Assembly: GCA_965215165.1 (NCBI GenBank)
Contig: CBDCCX010000006.1
Location: 174,831-238,830, forward strand
Length of the DNA stretch: 64,000 bases
Source: Rhodothermales bacterium
GTDB taxonomy: Bacteria > Bacteroidota > Rhodothermia > Rhodothermales > JANQRZ01
Reading direction: 5' to 3'
Part shown: positions 1 through 7,870 of the stretch, piece after piece
Numbering within the stretch: position 1 is the first letter of the stretch
Layout: each line of letters begins with the position of its first letter
Translations under genes and position numbers: made by a program
Notes under the pieces: generated by a model
Told to the model about the DNA's origin: nothing
The model's database searches: none
Seen by the model: the letters and a program-made list of their open reading frames with translations, nothing else

Positions 1-2
1 GC

Positions 3-317
3 TGCGCCGTCTGCCCGCTCCCGCCGGGCTACAACTACCCGATCCACCTCCACGACCAGATGCCGGCCGCCGACCGGATTGACCACTTCCGGGACCTCCA
101 GGCGATCCACTACCACACCATTTTCAAGCCGCAGAACCGCCCCCACTACCGCAACCCGCTCGCCCGGTTCTCGATGCCGAAGGAGCAGCGCGCCTGGGTG
201 ATGAAGCAGACGCGCGAGACCGGCGTTTTCATGAACGAGTACGACGAACGCGTGGCCGAGGCAAAGGGCCTCGCCCGAAAGGTCCTCCGCCGACTGAAAG
301 GATCGCAAGGATCGTGA
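3..317 (+). CDS. C-terminal part of a gene cut by the window edge; function unknown
   Basis: Frame 3 is open from base 3 (CAVCPLPPGYNYPIHLHDQMPAADRIDHF...) to TGA at 315-317. No family recognised by eye. Confidence 0.35.
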   Translation, partial: CAVCPLPPGYNYPIHLHDQMPAADRIDHFRDLQAIHYHTIFKPQNRPHYRNPLARFSMPKEQRAWVMKQTRETGVFMNEYDERVAEAKGLARKVLRRLKGSQGS

Positions 318-354
318 GGCCAACTCCGTCGGCTGGCGTGCAACAGAGAGACGA

Positions 355-1140
355 ATGGAGCAGCTGAAGGACAGCTACCAGCTGAAGGACAGCTACGTCG
401 ACACCTTTGAGGCGCGGGGCGACCTCTACAACGAGGCCGCCCTGATCCACCCCTTCGCCCGCGACATCGAGCGGCAGGAGCTGATCGGCCTGCTGGACCT
501 CGAGCCAGGTCACCGGGTCTGCGATGCGCCGGCCGGCGGGGGCTACCTCGCCGACGGACTGCGCCCGCTCGTCTCCGACCCGAGCCAGATCACCTGCGTC
601 GAGCCGTCGGCGGCGTTTGCCGAGGCCACCGGCATGGGCTTTACGCGGCACACGGCCCCGCTCGACGCGCTGCCCCTGGCCGACGCCAGCCAGGACCGCG
701 TCGGGAGCCTGGCCGGGCTGCACCACCTGGGCGACAAGGCGGCGTTTTTCCGCGAGGCCCACCGCGTGCTCCTGCCAGGCGGCGTGTTCGCCGTCGGCGA
801 CGTGCTCGACGGCACCGACGTGGCGCGCTTCCTCAACGGCCCGGTGGACCGCTACACGGCCACCGGCCACCGGGGCGTATTTCTGCAACCCGGCGAGTGC
901 CGAAGCCGGCTGGCCGAGGCCGGGTTCGCCGAGGCGCGGGAGATCCATCGCCACTTCCACTGGACGTTCGAGAGCGAGGAGCAGCTCGTGCGCTACGTCC
1001 ACCGGCTCTTCGGGATGACCGAGGCGAGCGAGCGTGAGGTGCGGGCTGCCGTCGAGGCCCACTTCGAGCTAGAGCGCGAGGCCGGGCAGGTGCGCCTCCC
1101 GTGGTCGCTGGTCTACGGGGCGGGCGTGAAACCAGCGTGA
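355..1140 (+). CDS. Class I SAM-dependent methyltransferase
   Basis: 261-aa ORF. It has a motif-I-like block VCDAPAGGGYLADGL and a later LLPGGVFAVGD block, both typical of Rossmann-fold methyltransferases. Confidence 0.7.
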   Translation: MEQLKDSYQLKDSYVDTFEARGDLYNEAALIHPFARDIERQELIGLLDLEPGHRVCDAPAGGGYLADGLRPLVSDPSQITCVEPSAAFAEATGMGFTRHTAPLDALPLADASQDRVGSLAGLHHLGDKAAFFREAHRVLLPGGVFAVGDVLDGTDVARFLNGPVDRYTATGHRGVFLQPGECRSRLAEAGFAEAREIHRHFHWTFESEEQLVRYVHRLFGMTEASEREVRAAVEAHFELEREAGQVRLPWSLVYGAGVKPA

Positions 1141-2747
1141 CCCGCCCACCGATACCGACCGACTTCGCCGCGCTCGACGCGCTCTATCCGCTCCCTCCCG
1201 AGGCGCTGCCCCGGCAGTGGGTGCTGGCCCGCGAGGCGGCGCTGCTCCCGGCGGCCTGGACGGCCGAGGCGCTCGGCGGCTGGCACTTCGCCGCGCACTC
1301 CGAGGCCCGGGTCCACGCCCTCCGCGCGGCCGACGGCTCGGCGCTGGGCTGGGCCGTCGACGTGCTCGCCCAGCTCGGGCCGGACGGCGACGGCGTCCCG
1401 GAGGCCACGCTGACGCTGCCCGTCGGGGCAGACCCGTCGCCGGAGGATCTGGAGCGGGCGCTCTACGGCCGGGACGCCGCCGGGCTCAACGAGGACGGGC
1501 ACGGGCTGGAAGGGCGATGGGCGGCGCTCGTCATCGCCCCGTCGCTGCGGCGGGTCTACGTCAACCCGACGGGCAGCCTCGTCTACAGCCCGCAGCACCG
1601 CGCCGTCGCCACGTCGCACAACCTGATCCCCGGCCTGGAGCGCGACGAGGCCCTGAGCCGAGCCTTCGACCCGCTCGCCAAAGGCCATATCTACGGCTTC
1701 GGCTTGACTGCGCACCGGGGCCTGCGCCGCCTTCTGTCGAACCACGTCCTCGACCTCGATACGTTCGAGCCGCGCCGGCACTGGCCCGTCGGCGAGATGC
1801 CGGCCTACCCGAGCGGGCACGAGGGCGTCGGGCGCGTCGTGGCCCACACGCGCCGCCTGCTCCGCACGGTCTTCGCGGTGCACCCCAGAGTGGCGCGGCT
1901 CTCACTCACGGCCGGGCGCGACTCGCGGGCGATGCTCGCCATCCTCCGCCCGTTCCTGGCCGGGCAGGCGACGGGGCTGGCAGAGGCCCCCCTGGACGTG
2001 TTCGTGTTCACCAAGAGCGGGCCGACGCGGGGGCACCGCATGGACGTAGCTGCCGCGCGGCGCGTGGCCCGGCTCGCCCGGCTTCCGCACCACGTCCTGC
2101 CGAACGCGCCCCGAGACGGGAGCGACGTCCTGAAGCGGTTCGTCCGCATCGGCGAGGCGCGGGCGGGACCGATGCTCTTCCTCTCGCCGGTCGGGCGAGA
2201 TCCCGAGCGCCTCAGCCTGACCGGCATGAACGGGGCCATCGGACGGGGGATCTACTGGCCCCGCCTCGGCTTCACCACGGCCGACCTCGGGCCGGAGCTG
2301 TTCGCCCGGTTCGCAAAGGCCCCGAAGATTCCGGCGGTGTTCGCTGCCGCCGACGCGTGGCGCGACGGCCTGCCGGCCGCGATGCGCGATCACGTCCCGA
2401 CGGTGATGGAGCTCCTCTACGTCGAGCACCGCGAGGGCAGTTGGTCGGCCCCGCTGGCCTACATGCACGAGCAGGCCGGGCACAACCTCACCCCGTTCCG
2501 CGGTCCGCACAACATCGGGGCCATGCTGCGGCTTCCGGTGCCGTACCGCGCGCGGCGCGAGTTCCAGCACGACATCGTCCGGGCGGAGTGGCCGGAGCTG
2601 ATGGCGGTGCCGTTCAACGAACCCGTGGGCCGGCTCGCCGCCGAGGTGTGGCTCGGCGCGGCGGCAGAGACGCTGTCCCGGCGGCTGCCCTTCGCGCGGC
2701 TACCGGCGGGCGCGCTCCGCCGCCTCGCGCGCCTCGTCGGCCCCTAG
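1101..2747 (+). CDS. Hypothetical protein with a PP-loop-like block (asparagine-synthetase-like / adenine-nucleotide alpha-hydrolase-like?)
   Basis: 548-aa ORF. GTG 1101 overlaps the upstream gene, and GTG 1137 is an alternative start. The central block ARLSLTAGRDSRAMLAIL resembles the SGGxDS PP-loop. The rest is unrecognised. Confidence 0.5.
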   Translation: MVAGLRGGRETSVTRPPIPTDFAALDALYPLPPEALPRQWVLAREAALLPAAWTAEALGGWHFAAHSEARVHALRAADGSALGWAVDVLAQLGPDGDGVPEATLTLPVGADPSPEDLERALYGRDAAGLNEDGHGLEGRWAALVIAPSLRRVYVNPTGSLVYSPQHRAVATSHNLIPGLERDEALSRAFDPLAKGHIYGFGLTAHRGLRRLLSNHVLDLDTFEPRRHWPVGEMPAYPSGHEGVGRVVAHTRRLLRTVFAVHPRVARLSLTAGRDSRAMLAILRPFLAGQATGLAEAPLDVFVFTKSGPTRGHRMDVAAARRVARLARLPHHVLPNAPRDGSDVLKRFVRIGEARAGPMLFLSPVGRDPERLSLTGMNGAIGRGIYWPRLGFTTADLGPELFARFAKAPKIPAVFAAADAWRDGLPAAMRDHVPTVMELLYVEHREGSWSAPLAYMHEQAGHNLTPFRGPHNIGAMLRLPVPYRARREFQHDIVRAEWPELMAVPFNEPVGRLAAEVWLGAAAETLSRRLPFARLPAGALRRLARLVGP

Positions 2748-3358
2748 CGTGAGGGCCGCGGTGCGGTGGCAGCGGCGTGCTTCGGAGTCCGGCCCTCGAA
2801 GAAGGCGTGCATCGTTTTCAGGTCGGCCTCCAGGTCGCCCGACGGGACGAGGACCGGGCCGGCCACGACCTCCTTGCGGCCATAGTCGATCGTGACGAGG
2901 GAGATCGGGACGCCGGCCCCAAGCGCGATGTAGTAGAACCCCGTCCGCCACGCCGCCACCGCGCCGCGCGTCCCCTCCGGCGCGACCACGAGCAGGAACG
3001 CCTCGCGCGCCCGGAACGCCTCGACCGTCTGCTGGACCAGCCCGACCCCGGCGTCCCGCCGCACCGGGATCCCGCCGAACCACCGCATCACGAAGCCGAG
3101 CGGGGGTCGGAAGAGCGTGTGCTTCCCGAGGAACTGCGCGCCCATCCCCGTCGCCTGCCGCACCAGGACTCCGACGACGAAGCCCCAGTTCGACGTGTGC
3201 GGCGCAACGGCGATGACGTACTTGGGGGGGTTGGGAAAAGCACCGGTCAGCCGCCAGCCCATCAGCCGCAGCGCGGCCCGCCCGACGAGCCGCGTGAGGG
3301 CGTTGCCTCGGCGCGGCACCTGGTCGCCGAGGTCGGGCAAAGGGACGCGGTCGGCCAT
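2744..3358 (-). CDS. Lysophospholipid (1-acyl-sn-glycerol-3-phosphate) acyltransferase family protein
   Basis: 204 aa. The acyltransferase blocks VAPHTSNWGF and VVAPEGTRG are present. The HX4D block reads HTSNWG, with Gly at the usual Asp position. Confidence 0.7.
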   Translation of the reverse strand: MADRVPLPDLGDQVPRRGNALTRLVGRAALRLMGWRLTGAFPNPPKYVIAVAPHTSNWGFVVGVLVRQATGMGAQFLGKHTLFRPPLGFVMRWFGGIPVRRDAGVGLVQQTVEAFRAREAFLLVVAPEGTRGAVAAWRTGFYYIALGAGVPISLVTIDYGRKEVVAGPVLVPSGDLEADLKTMHAFFEGRTPKHAAATAPRPSR

Positions 3359-3362
3359 CGGC

Positions 3363-3527
3363 TAAGGCGTGTGGACAATGGCGAGGTCAGGCTCGCGCGA
3401 GGTCACGATTTCGGCCTCGCAAGAAGCGCGAGGAAACCGATGCCGTAGCATCGGACGACGAGTGCGACGTGGCGAGGATGGAATAGGGCCCGCGAGAGCC
3501 GATCTAGGTGAATGTCCACACGCCCTA
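3363..3527. mobile_element. MITE-like element copy A (TA-flanked, 13-15 bp terminal inverted repeats, non-coding)
   Basis: Left end TA-AGGCGTGTGGACA at 3363-3377; right end TGTCCACACGCCC-TA at 3513-3527. It has a central GATGCCGTAGCATC hairpin. It is homologous, in reverse orientation, to 49470-49649. It fills the whole gap between two minus-strand genes. Confidence 0.55.
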
Positions 3528-5033
3528 GAGCACGCTGACGAGCTGCGTCGCCTCGGCGCGTCCGGCCGTGAGGCGGCAGAGATAGGCCCCGGCTGCGCCC
3601 AGCCGGTCTGTGCTCACCGCGACGGTGTGCTCGCCCGCGCCCAATCGGCGGTCGTCCACGAGCCGGGCGCGGAGGCGGCCGACGAGGTCGTAGCACGCCA
3701 GCCGGACCGAAGTGGGGGCGCGCAGGTCGAAGCGAAAGGTGACCCCGTCGGTGGCCGGGTTCGGATACGGCACGAGGCGGAGCGAGGGGAGCGCGCCCTG
3801 GGCGTCCTCCAGGCTCGTCGTGCGGCCGGGCACGAGGGTGACGAGCATCTCGTCGAGCAGCGCCCGCCAGTTGCCCCAACTGTGGCCCTCGGGCACCTCG
3901 CGGTAGACGAGCGCGTGCTCGTTCGCCTCGAACACATCGCGCATCCGGCGTGCGCCATCTTGGGTGTCGTTGATGGTGCCGGTAGACAGGTAGACCTCGA
4001 ACCGCCCGGTCTCGGCCTCGGCCATCGCGTCGTAGATCGACGGCGAGGCCCAGAACGCAGGCGACTGGATCGCCAGCTTGCCGAACACCTCGGGGTAGCG
4101 CGTCCCGAGGTACGCCGAGAACAGCCCGCCCAGCGAGGTCCCGAGGATCACCCGCCCCTCGCGATCAGGCTGCGTCCGGTAGGCGGCGTCGACGACCGGC
4201 ACCAGCTCCTCGGCGAGGAACGCTGCGAAGTCCGGGTTGTCGACGTACTGCAGGGCCCGCCGGTTGTTGGCGTGATTGCCGACCTCGCGCGGGTCGACGA
4301 AGACGGCGATCACCGGAGCCGCCCGGCCGTCGGCGATCAGGTTGTCGAGCACGATGCGAAGGGCCCCGAGCCGGTCGTCGCTGTACTCGTGCCCGTCGGT
4401 GACGTAGACCACGGGAAGAGTCGCCGAGTCGCCGTAGCCAGCGGGCGTGTAGACGCGGTAGTGGACGGGGTAACCGAGGCGGGCGCTCTGGAGCGTGAGG
4501 TTCGGGGTGAAGGCTCCGGCGGGCACGGCCGGGTCGCGGACCGTCTCGGCGGGGAAGACCCAGGCGGGCATCCGCAGCTCGGAGTTCGGGCCGAAGCCGC
4601 TCCACTGTTGGTGCGGATTGGCGGGATCGAGGAGCCAGCTTCCGTCGCGGACCAGCTTGTAGTCGAGCCGGGCCGTGGCGGGGAAGCGCCGGACCCGGCG
4701 GCGCACGTCGCTCCGGCCGACGACGGCGAAGGCCGGCTCGGCGTTGGGGTTCCAGCCGTTGTGATCGCCCGCGAGGCGGACCGTCGTGCCCGGCCCCCGG
4801 TAGAGGTAGGCCACCGAGTCGCCGAGCGCGAACGGGATCTGCTCGGCGGCGACGAGGGCGTCCCAGAACAGGTCCATCGCGGCCTCACGCTCGTCGGGGT
4901 CGGGGATCGCGGCGACGGCGTCGAGGCTGTCGGTGAAAGCCTTGAAGGTCTCGAACGGGAGATTGCCCTGGGCGCAGACGGGGACGGCCAGAAGCGCGAC
5001 AGCGACCCCGAGGGCAGAGGTCGAGCGGAGCAT
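3525..5033 (-). CDS. Secreted esterase (enterochelin-esterase-like alpha/beta hydrolase) with a T9SS C-terminal sorting domain
   Basis: 502 aa. N-terminal signal peptide MLRSTSALGVAVALLAVPVCAQ. GTSLGGLFS nucleophile elbow. C-terminal LVPYPNPATDGVTFRFDL...LVSVL is typical of a Por/T9SS sorting domain. Confidence 0.75.
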   Translation of the reverse strand: MLRSTSALGVAVALLAVPVCAQGNLPFETFKAFTDSLDAVAAIPDPDEREAAMDLFWDALVAAEQIPFALGDSVAYLYRGPGTTVRLAGDHNGWNPNAEPAFAVVGRSDVRRRVRRFPATARLDYKLVRDGSWLLDPANPHQQWSGFGPNSELRMPAWVFPAETVRDPAVPAGAFTPNLTLQSARLGYPVHYRVYTPAGYGDSATLPVVYVTDGHEYSDDRLGALRIVLDNLIADGRAAPVIAVFVDPREVGNHANNRRALQYVDNPDFAAFLAEELVPVVDAAYRTQPDREGRVILGTSLGGLFSAYLGTRYPEVFGKLAIQSPAFWASPSIYDAMAEAETGRFEVYLSTGTINDTQDGARRMRDVFEANEHALVYREVPEGHSWGNWRALLDEMLVTLVPGRTTSLEDAQGALPSLRLVPYPNPATDGVTFRFDLRAPTSVRLACYDLVGRLRARLVDDRRLGAGEHTVAVSTDRLGAAGAYLCRLTAGRAEATQLVSVL

Positions 5034-5123
5034 GGTGCGGTCGGTGGGTCAGAGGGAGGTCGCGAGAAGGTACGGTGCGCTCGCGCGGGGCGGCGTAGCT
5101 TGCCGCTCGCCCACCGCCCGCCC

Positions 5124-6725
5124 ATGCCGGCTCCGATCTACCCCACCGATGCCATGCCCGTCGCCGAGGCGGCGGCGAGCGCCGAGACCGCCTCTGACGC
5201 CGTCCGGCTCTGCGTCATCGACATCGGCTCGAACTCGTTCCACGCCATCGTCTTCGACGCCTTCCCCGACGGGACCTTCGAGACGGTCGACACGCGCAAG
5301 GAGATGGTGCGCCTCGGCGAGGGCGGCTTCCGGTCGCACCGGCTCACCGAGGCCGCGCAGGCGCGGGGCGTCGAGGCGCTCCGCGCCATCAAAGACATGG
5401 CCGACGGCTACGGCGTCGCCGACACCGTCGCCTGCGCCACGAGCGCCGTCCGCGAGGCGTCGAACGGCGGCGCGTTCATCGAGCGCGTCCGCGCCGAGAC
5501 GGGCCTCTACATCCGCACCATCACCGGCGAGACCGAGGCCGAGCTGATCTACAAGGCCGTCCGCCAGGCCGTGGACCTCGCCGAGCCGGCCCTGCTCGTC
5601 GACATCGGCGGCGGGTCGACCGAGTTCATCACCGCCGACCGCGACGGGGCGCGCTGCGCCGTCAGCCTCAAGCTCGGCGCGGCGCGGCTGACCGAGGAGT
5701 TCGTCACGACCGATCCCGTGAGCGCCACCGAGTTCCGGGCGTTGCGGGCGCACATCCGCGCCGCGCTCGGGCCGGTGTTCCGGGCGGCGCACGACGCGGG
5801 CGTGAAGCGCGTCGTCGGCTCCTCCGGCACGCTCCGCAACATCGCCGAGCTGACGGCGGCGGCCGGGGGCGAGGCCGGCGAAATCTTCGGCTACGTCTTC
5901 GAAGCGACGGCCGTCCGCCGCGTGACCAAGCTCCTGATGACCTCGAGCCGGGCGCAGCGCCTCGCCATGCCCGGCATCCAGGAGAAGCGCGCCGACCAGA
6001 TCGTCGCCGGGGCGATCCTCATCGACGTGGTCCTCAAGGACCTCGGCATCCGGCGCTTCGAGGTCAGCCCGGACGCGCTCCGCGAGGGCATCGTGATCGA
6101 CTTCGTCGGGCGCAACTACAAGTGGATCCGGCGGCTCGCGCCGTTCCAGAGCGTCCGGCGTCGCAGCGTCTACGACCTCGCCATCCGGCTGCGGTGGGAC
6201 GAGGCGCACGCCCGCCACGTCGCCCGCCTCGCGCTCGAGCTGTTCGACGCCACCGAGCCGCTCCACGGCCGCGGGGCCGCCGCGCGCGAGCTGCTCGAGT
6301 ACGCCGCCGTGCTGCGCGACGTGGGCTACGCCGTCAGCCGCCGCAGCCACCACAAGCACTCGCTCTACGTCATCAAGCACGCCGACCTCAAAGGCTTCAC
6401 GCCGGACGAGACCGCGCTCGTGGCGAACGTCGCCCGCTACCACCGCGCCGGCCTGCCGACGGAGCGCCACGCCGACTACGCCCGCCTCTCCGGTGCCGAC
6501 CGCCGGCTGGTCGACGAGCTAGCGTCCCTCCTCCGCCTCGCCAACGGCCTCGACCGGAGCCACTTCCAGAACGTCATCCACCTCGAGGCCGCGCTCACGG
6601 ACGACGCGCTCCGCCTCGACGTGCAGACAAAATCCGACCCCCAGCTCGACCTCTGGGCCGCCCGGCGCGGTGCGGGGCTATTCCGCCGGACGTTCGAGCT
6701 GCCAGTGGCAGTACGGGTGAGGTGA
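5124..6725 (+). CDS. ppx: Ppx/GppA family exopolyphosphatase / guanosine pentaphosphate phosphohydrolase
   Basis: The 3' part of the artefactual 1118-aa ORF. Start taken at ATG 5124. CVIDIGSNSFHAIVFD and LLVDIGGGSTEF are ASKHA phosphate-binding blocks. The C-terminal HD-type region includes HHKHSLYVIKHADL. Confidence 0.85.
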   Translation: MPAPIYPTDAMPVAEAAASAETASDAVRLCVIDIGSNSFHAIVFDAFPDGTFETVDTRKEMVRLGEGGFRSHRLTEAAQARGVEALRAIKDMADGYGVADTVACATSAVREASNGGAFIERVRAETGLYIRTITGETEAELIYKAVRQAVDLAEPALLVDIGGGSTEFITADRDGARCAVSLKLGAARLTEEFVTTDPVSATEFRALRAHIRAALGPVFRAAHDAGVKRVVGSSGTLRNIAELTAAAGGEAGEIFGYVFEATAVRRVTKLLMTSSRAQRLAMPGIQEKRADQIVAGAILIDVVLKDLGIRRFEVSPDALREGIVIDFVGRNYKWIRRLAPFQSVRRRSVYDLAIRLRWDEAHARHVARLALELFDATEPLHGRGAAARELLEYAAVLRDVGYAVSRRSHHKHSLYVIKHADLKGFTPDETALVANVARYHRAGLPTERHADYARLSGADRRLVDELASLLRLANGLDRSHFQNVIHLEAALTDDALRLDVQTKSDPQLDLWAARRGAGLFRRTFELPVAVRVR

Positions 6726-6926
6726 GAAAAGGGCGAGACCTCAGTCTGAACCGGCAGGCGCAAAGAATGAGGGCTAGCCGTTTCCTCCCCGCCCATCATC
6801 CTCCCGCCCTCACTCATTCTTCCACGCTGCCGGTTGATGCTCTCGCGCCCATGCTCTAACTTCCGGCGATCCGAACCCGTCGGCCTCACCCCGCGCGCTG
6901 CTGCCTCCGCGCCCGACCTCACCCCC

Positions 6927-7436
<510 letters not shown>

Positions 7437-7507
7437 CAGTGGTTAGTGGGACGCTCGCTGTTGTTAGGCGCGATCAACCCACCACTAACAACTAACAACT
7501 AGCCGAC
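7437..7507 (+). repeat. AT-richer intercistronic inverted-repeat element ('word hairpin'), CCACTAAC family
   Basis: GGTTAGTGG and GTTGTTAG on the left are complementary to CCACCACTAACAACTAACAAC on the right. The element ends 7 nt before the nuoK GTG. It shares the 15-mer CACCACTAACAACT with 13536-13619. Confidence 0.45.
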
Positions 7508-7813
7508 GTGGAACTCACCCTCACCTGGTACCTCTCGCTCTCGGCGGTCCTGTTCGTGATCGGCGTGCTGGGCGTGCTGCTGCGGCGCAACGCGATCGTG
7601 GTCTTCCTCTCGATCGAGCTGATGCTGAACGCGGTCAACCTGACCCTCGTCGCCTTCAGCCAGGCCTTTGCGGACGTGGACGGGCTGGTGCTGGTCTTCT
7701 TCGTGATGAGCGTCGCCGCCGCCGAGGCCGCCGTCGGGCTCGCCATCGTGATCGCGCTCTTCCGCAACAAGACGTCCGTCAACGTCAACGAGTTCAACCT
7801 CTTTCGCGGCTGA
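7508..7813 (+). CDS. nuoK: NADH-quinone oxidoreductase subunit K
   Basis: 101 aa. [18 protein letters not shown] and [17 protein letters not shown] are characteristic of NuoK. Confidence 0.9.
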   Translation: MELTLTWYLSLSAVLFVIGVLGVLLRRNAIVVFLSIELMLNAVNLTLVAFSQAFADVDGLVLVFFVMSVAAAEAAVGLAIVIALFRNKTSVNVNEFNLFRG

Positions 7814-7831
7814 CGGCTGCGCCTTCGCCCT

Positions 7832-7859
7832 GTATGGGCGACCGGCCGGTCGCCCCTAC
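7832..7859. repeat. REP-like 28-bp palindrome (GTATGGGCGACCGGCCGGTCGCCCCTAC)
   Basis: One mismatch from the perfect palindrome at 11599-11626. Lies in the nuoK-nuoL gap. Confidence 0.7.
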
Positions 7860-7870
7860 CATCACCTCGC

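Noticed and set aside
3369-6725. 1118-aa ORF, the longest in the track
   Set aside because: Only the part from ATG 5124 is Ppx/GppA. The 5' two-thirds is Ala/Arg/Gly-rich antisense read-through of the esterase gene (3525-5033, minus) and of MITE-like copy A. This is typical of stop-poor frames in high-GC DNA.
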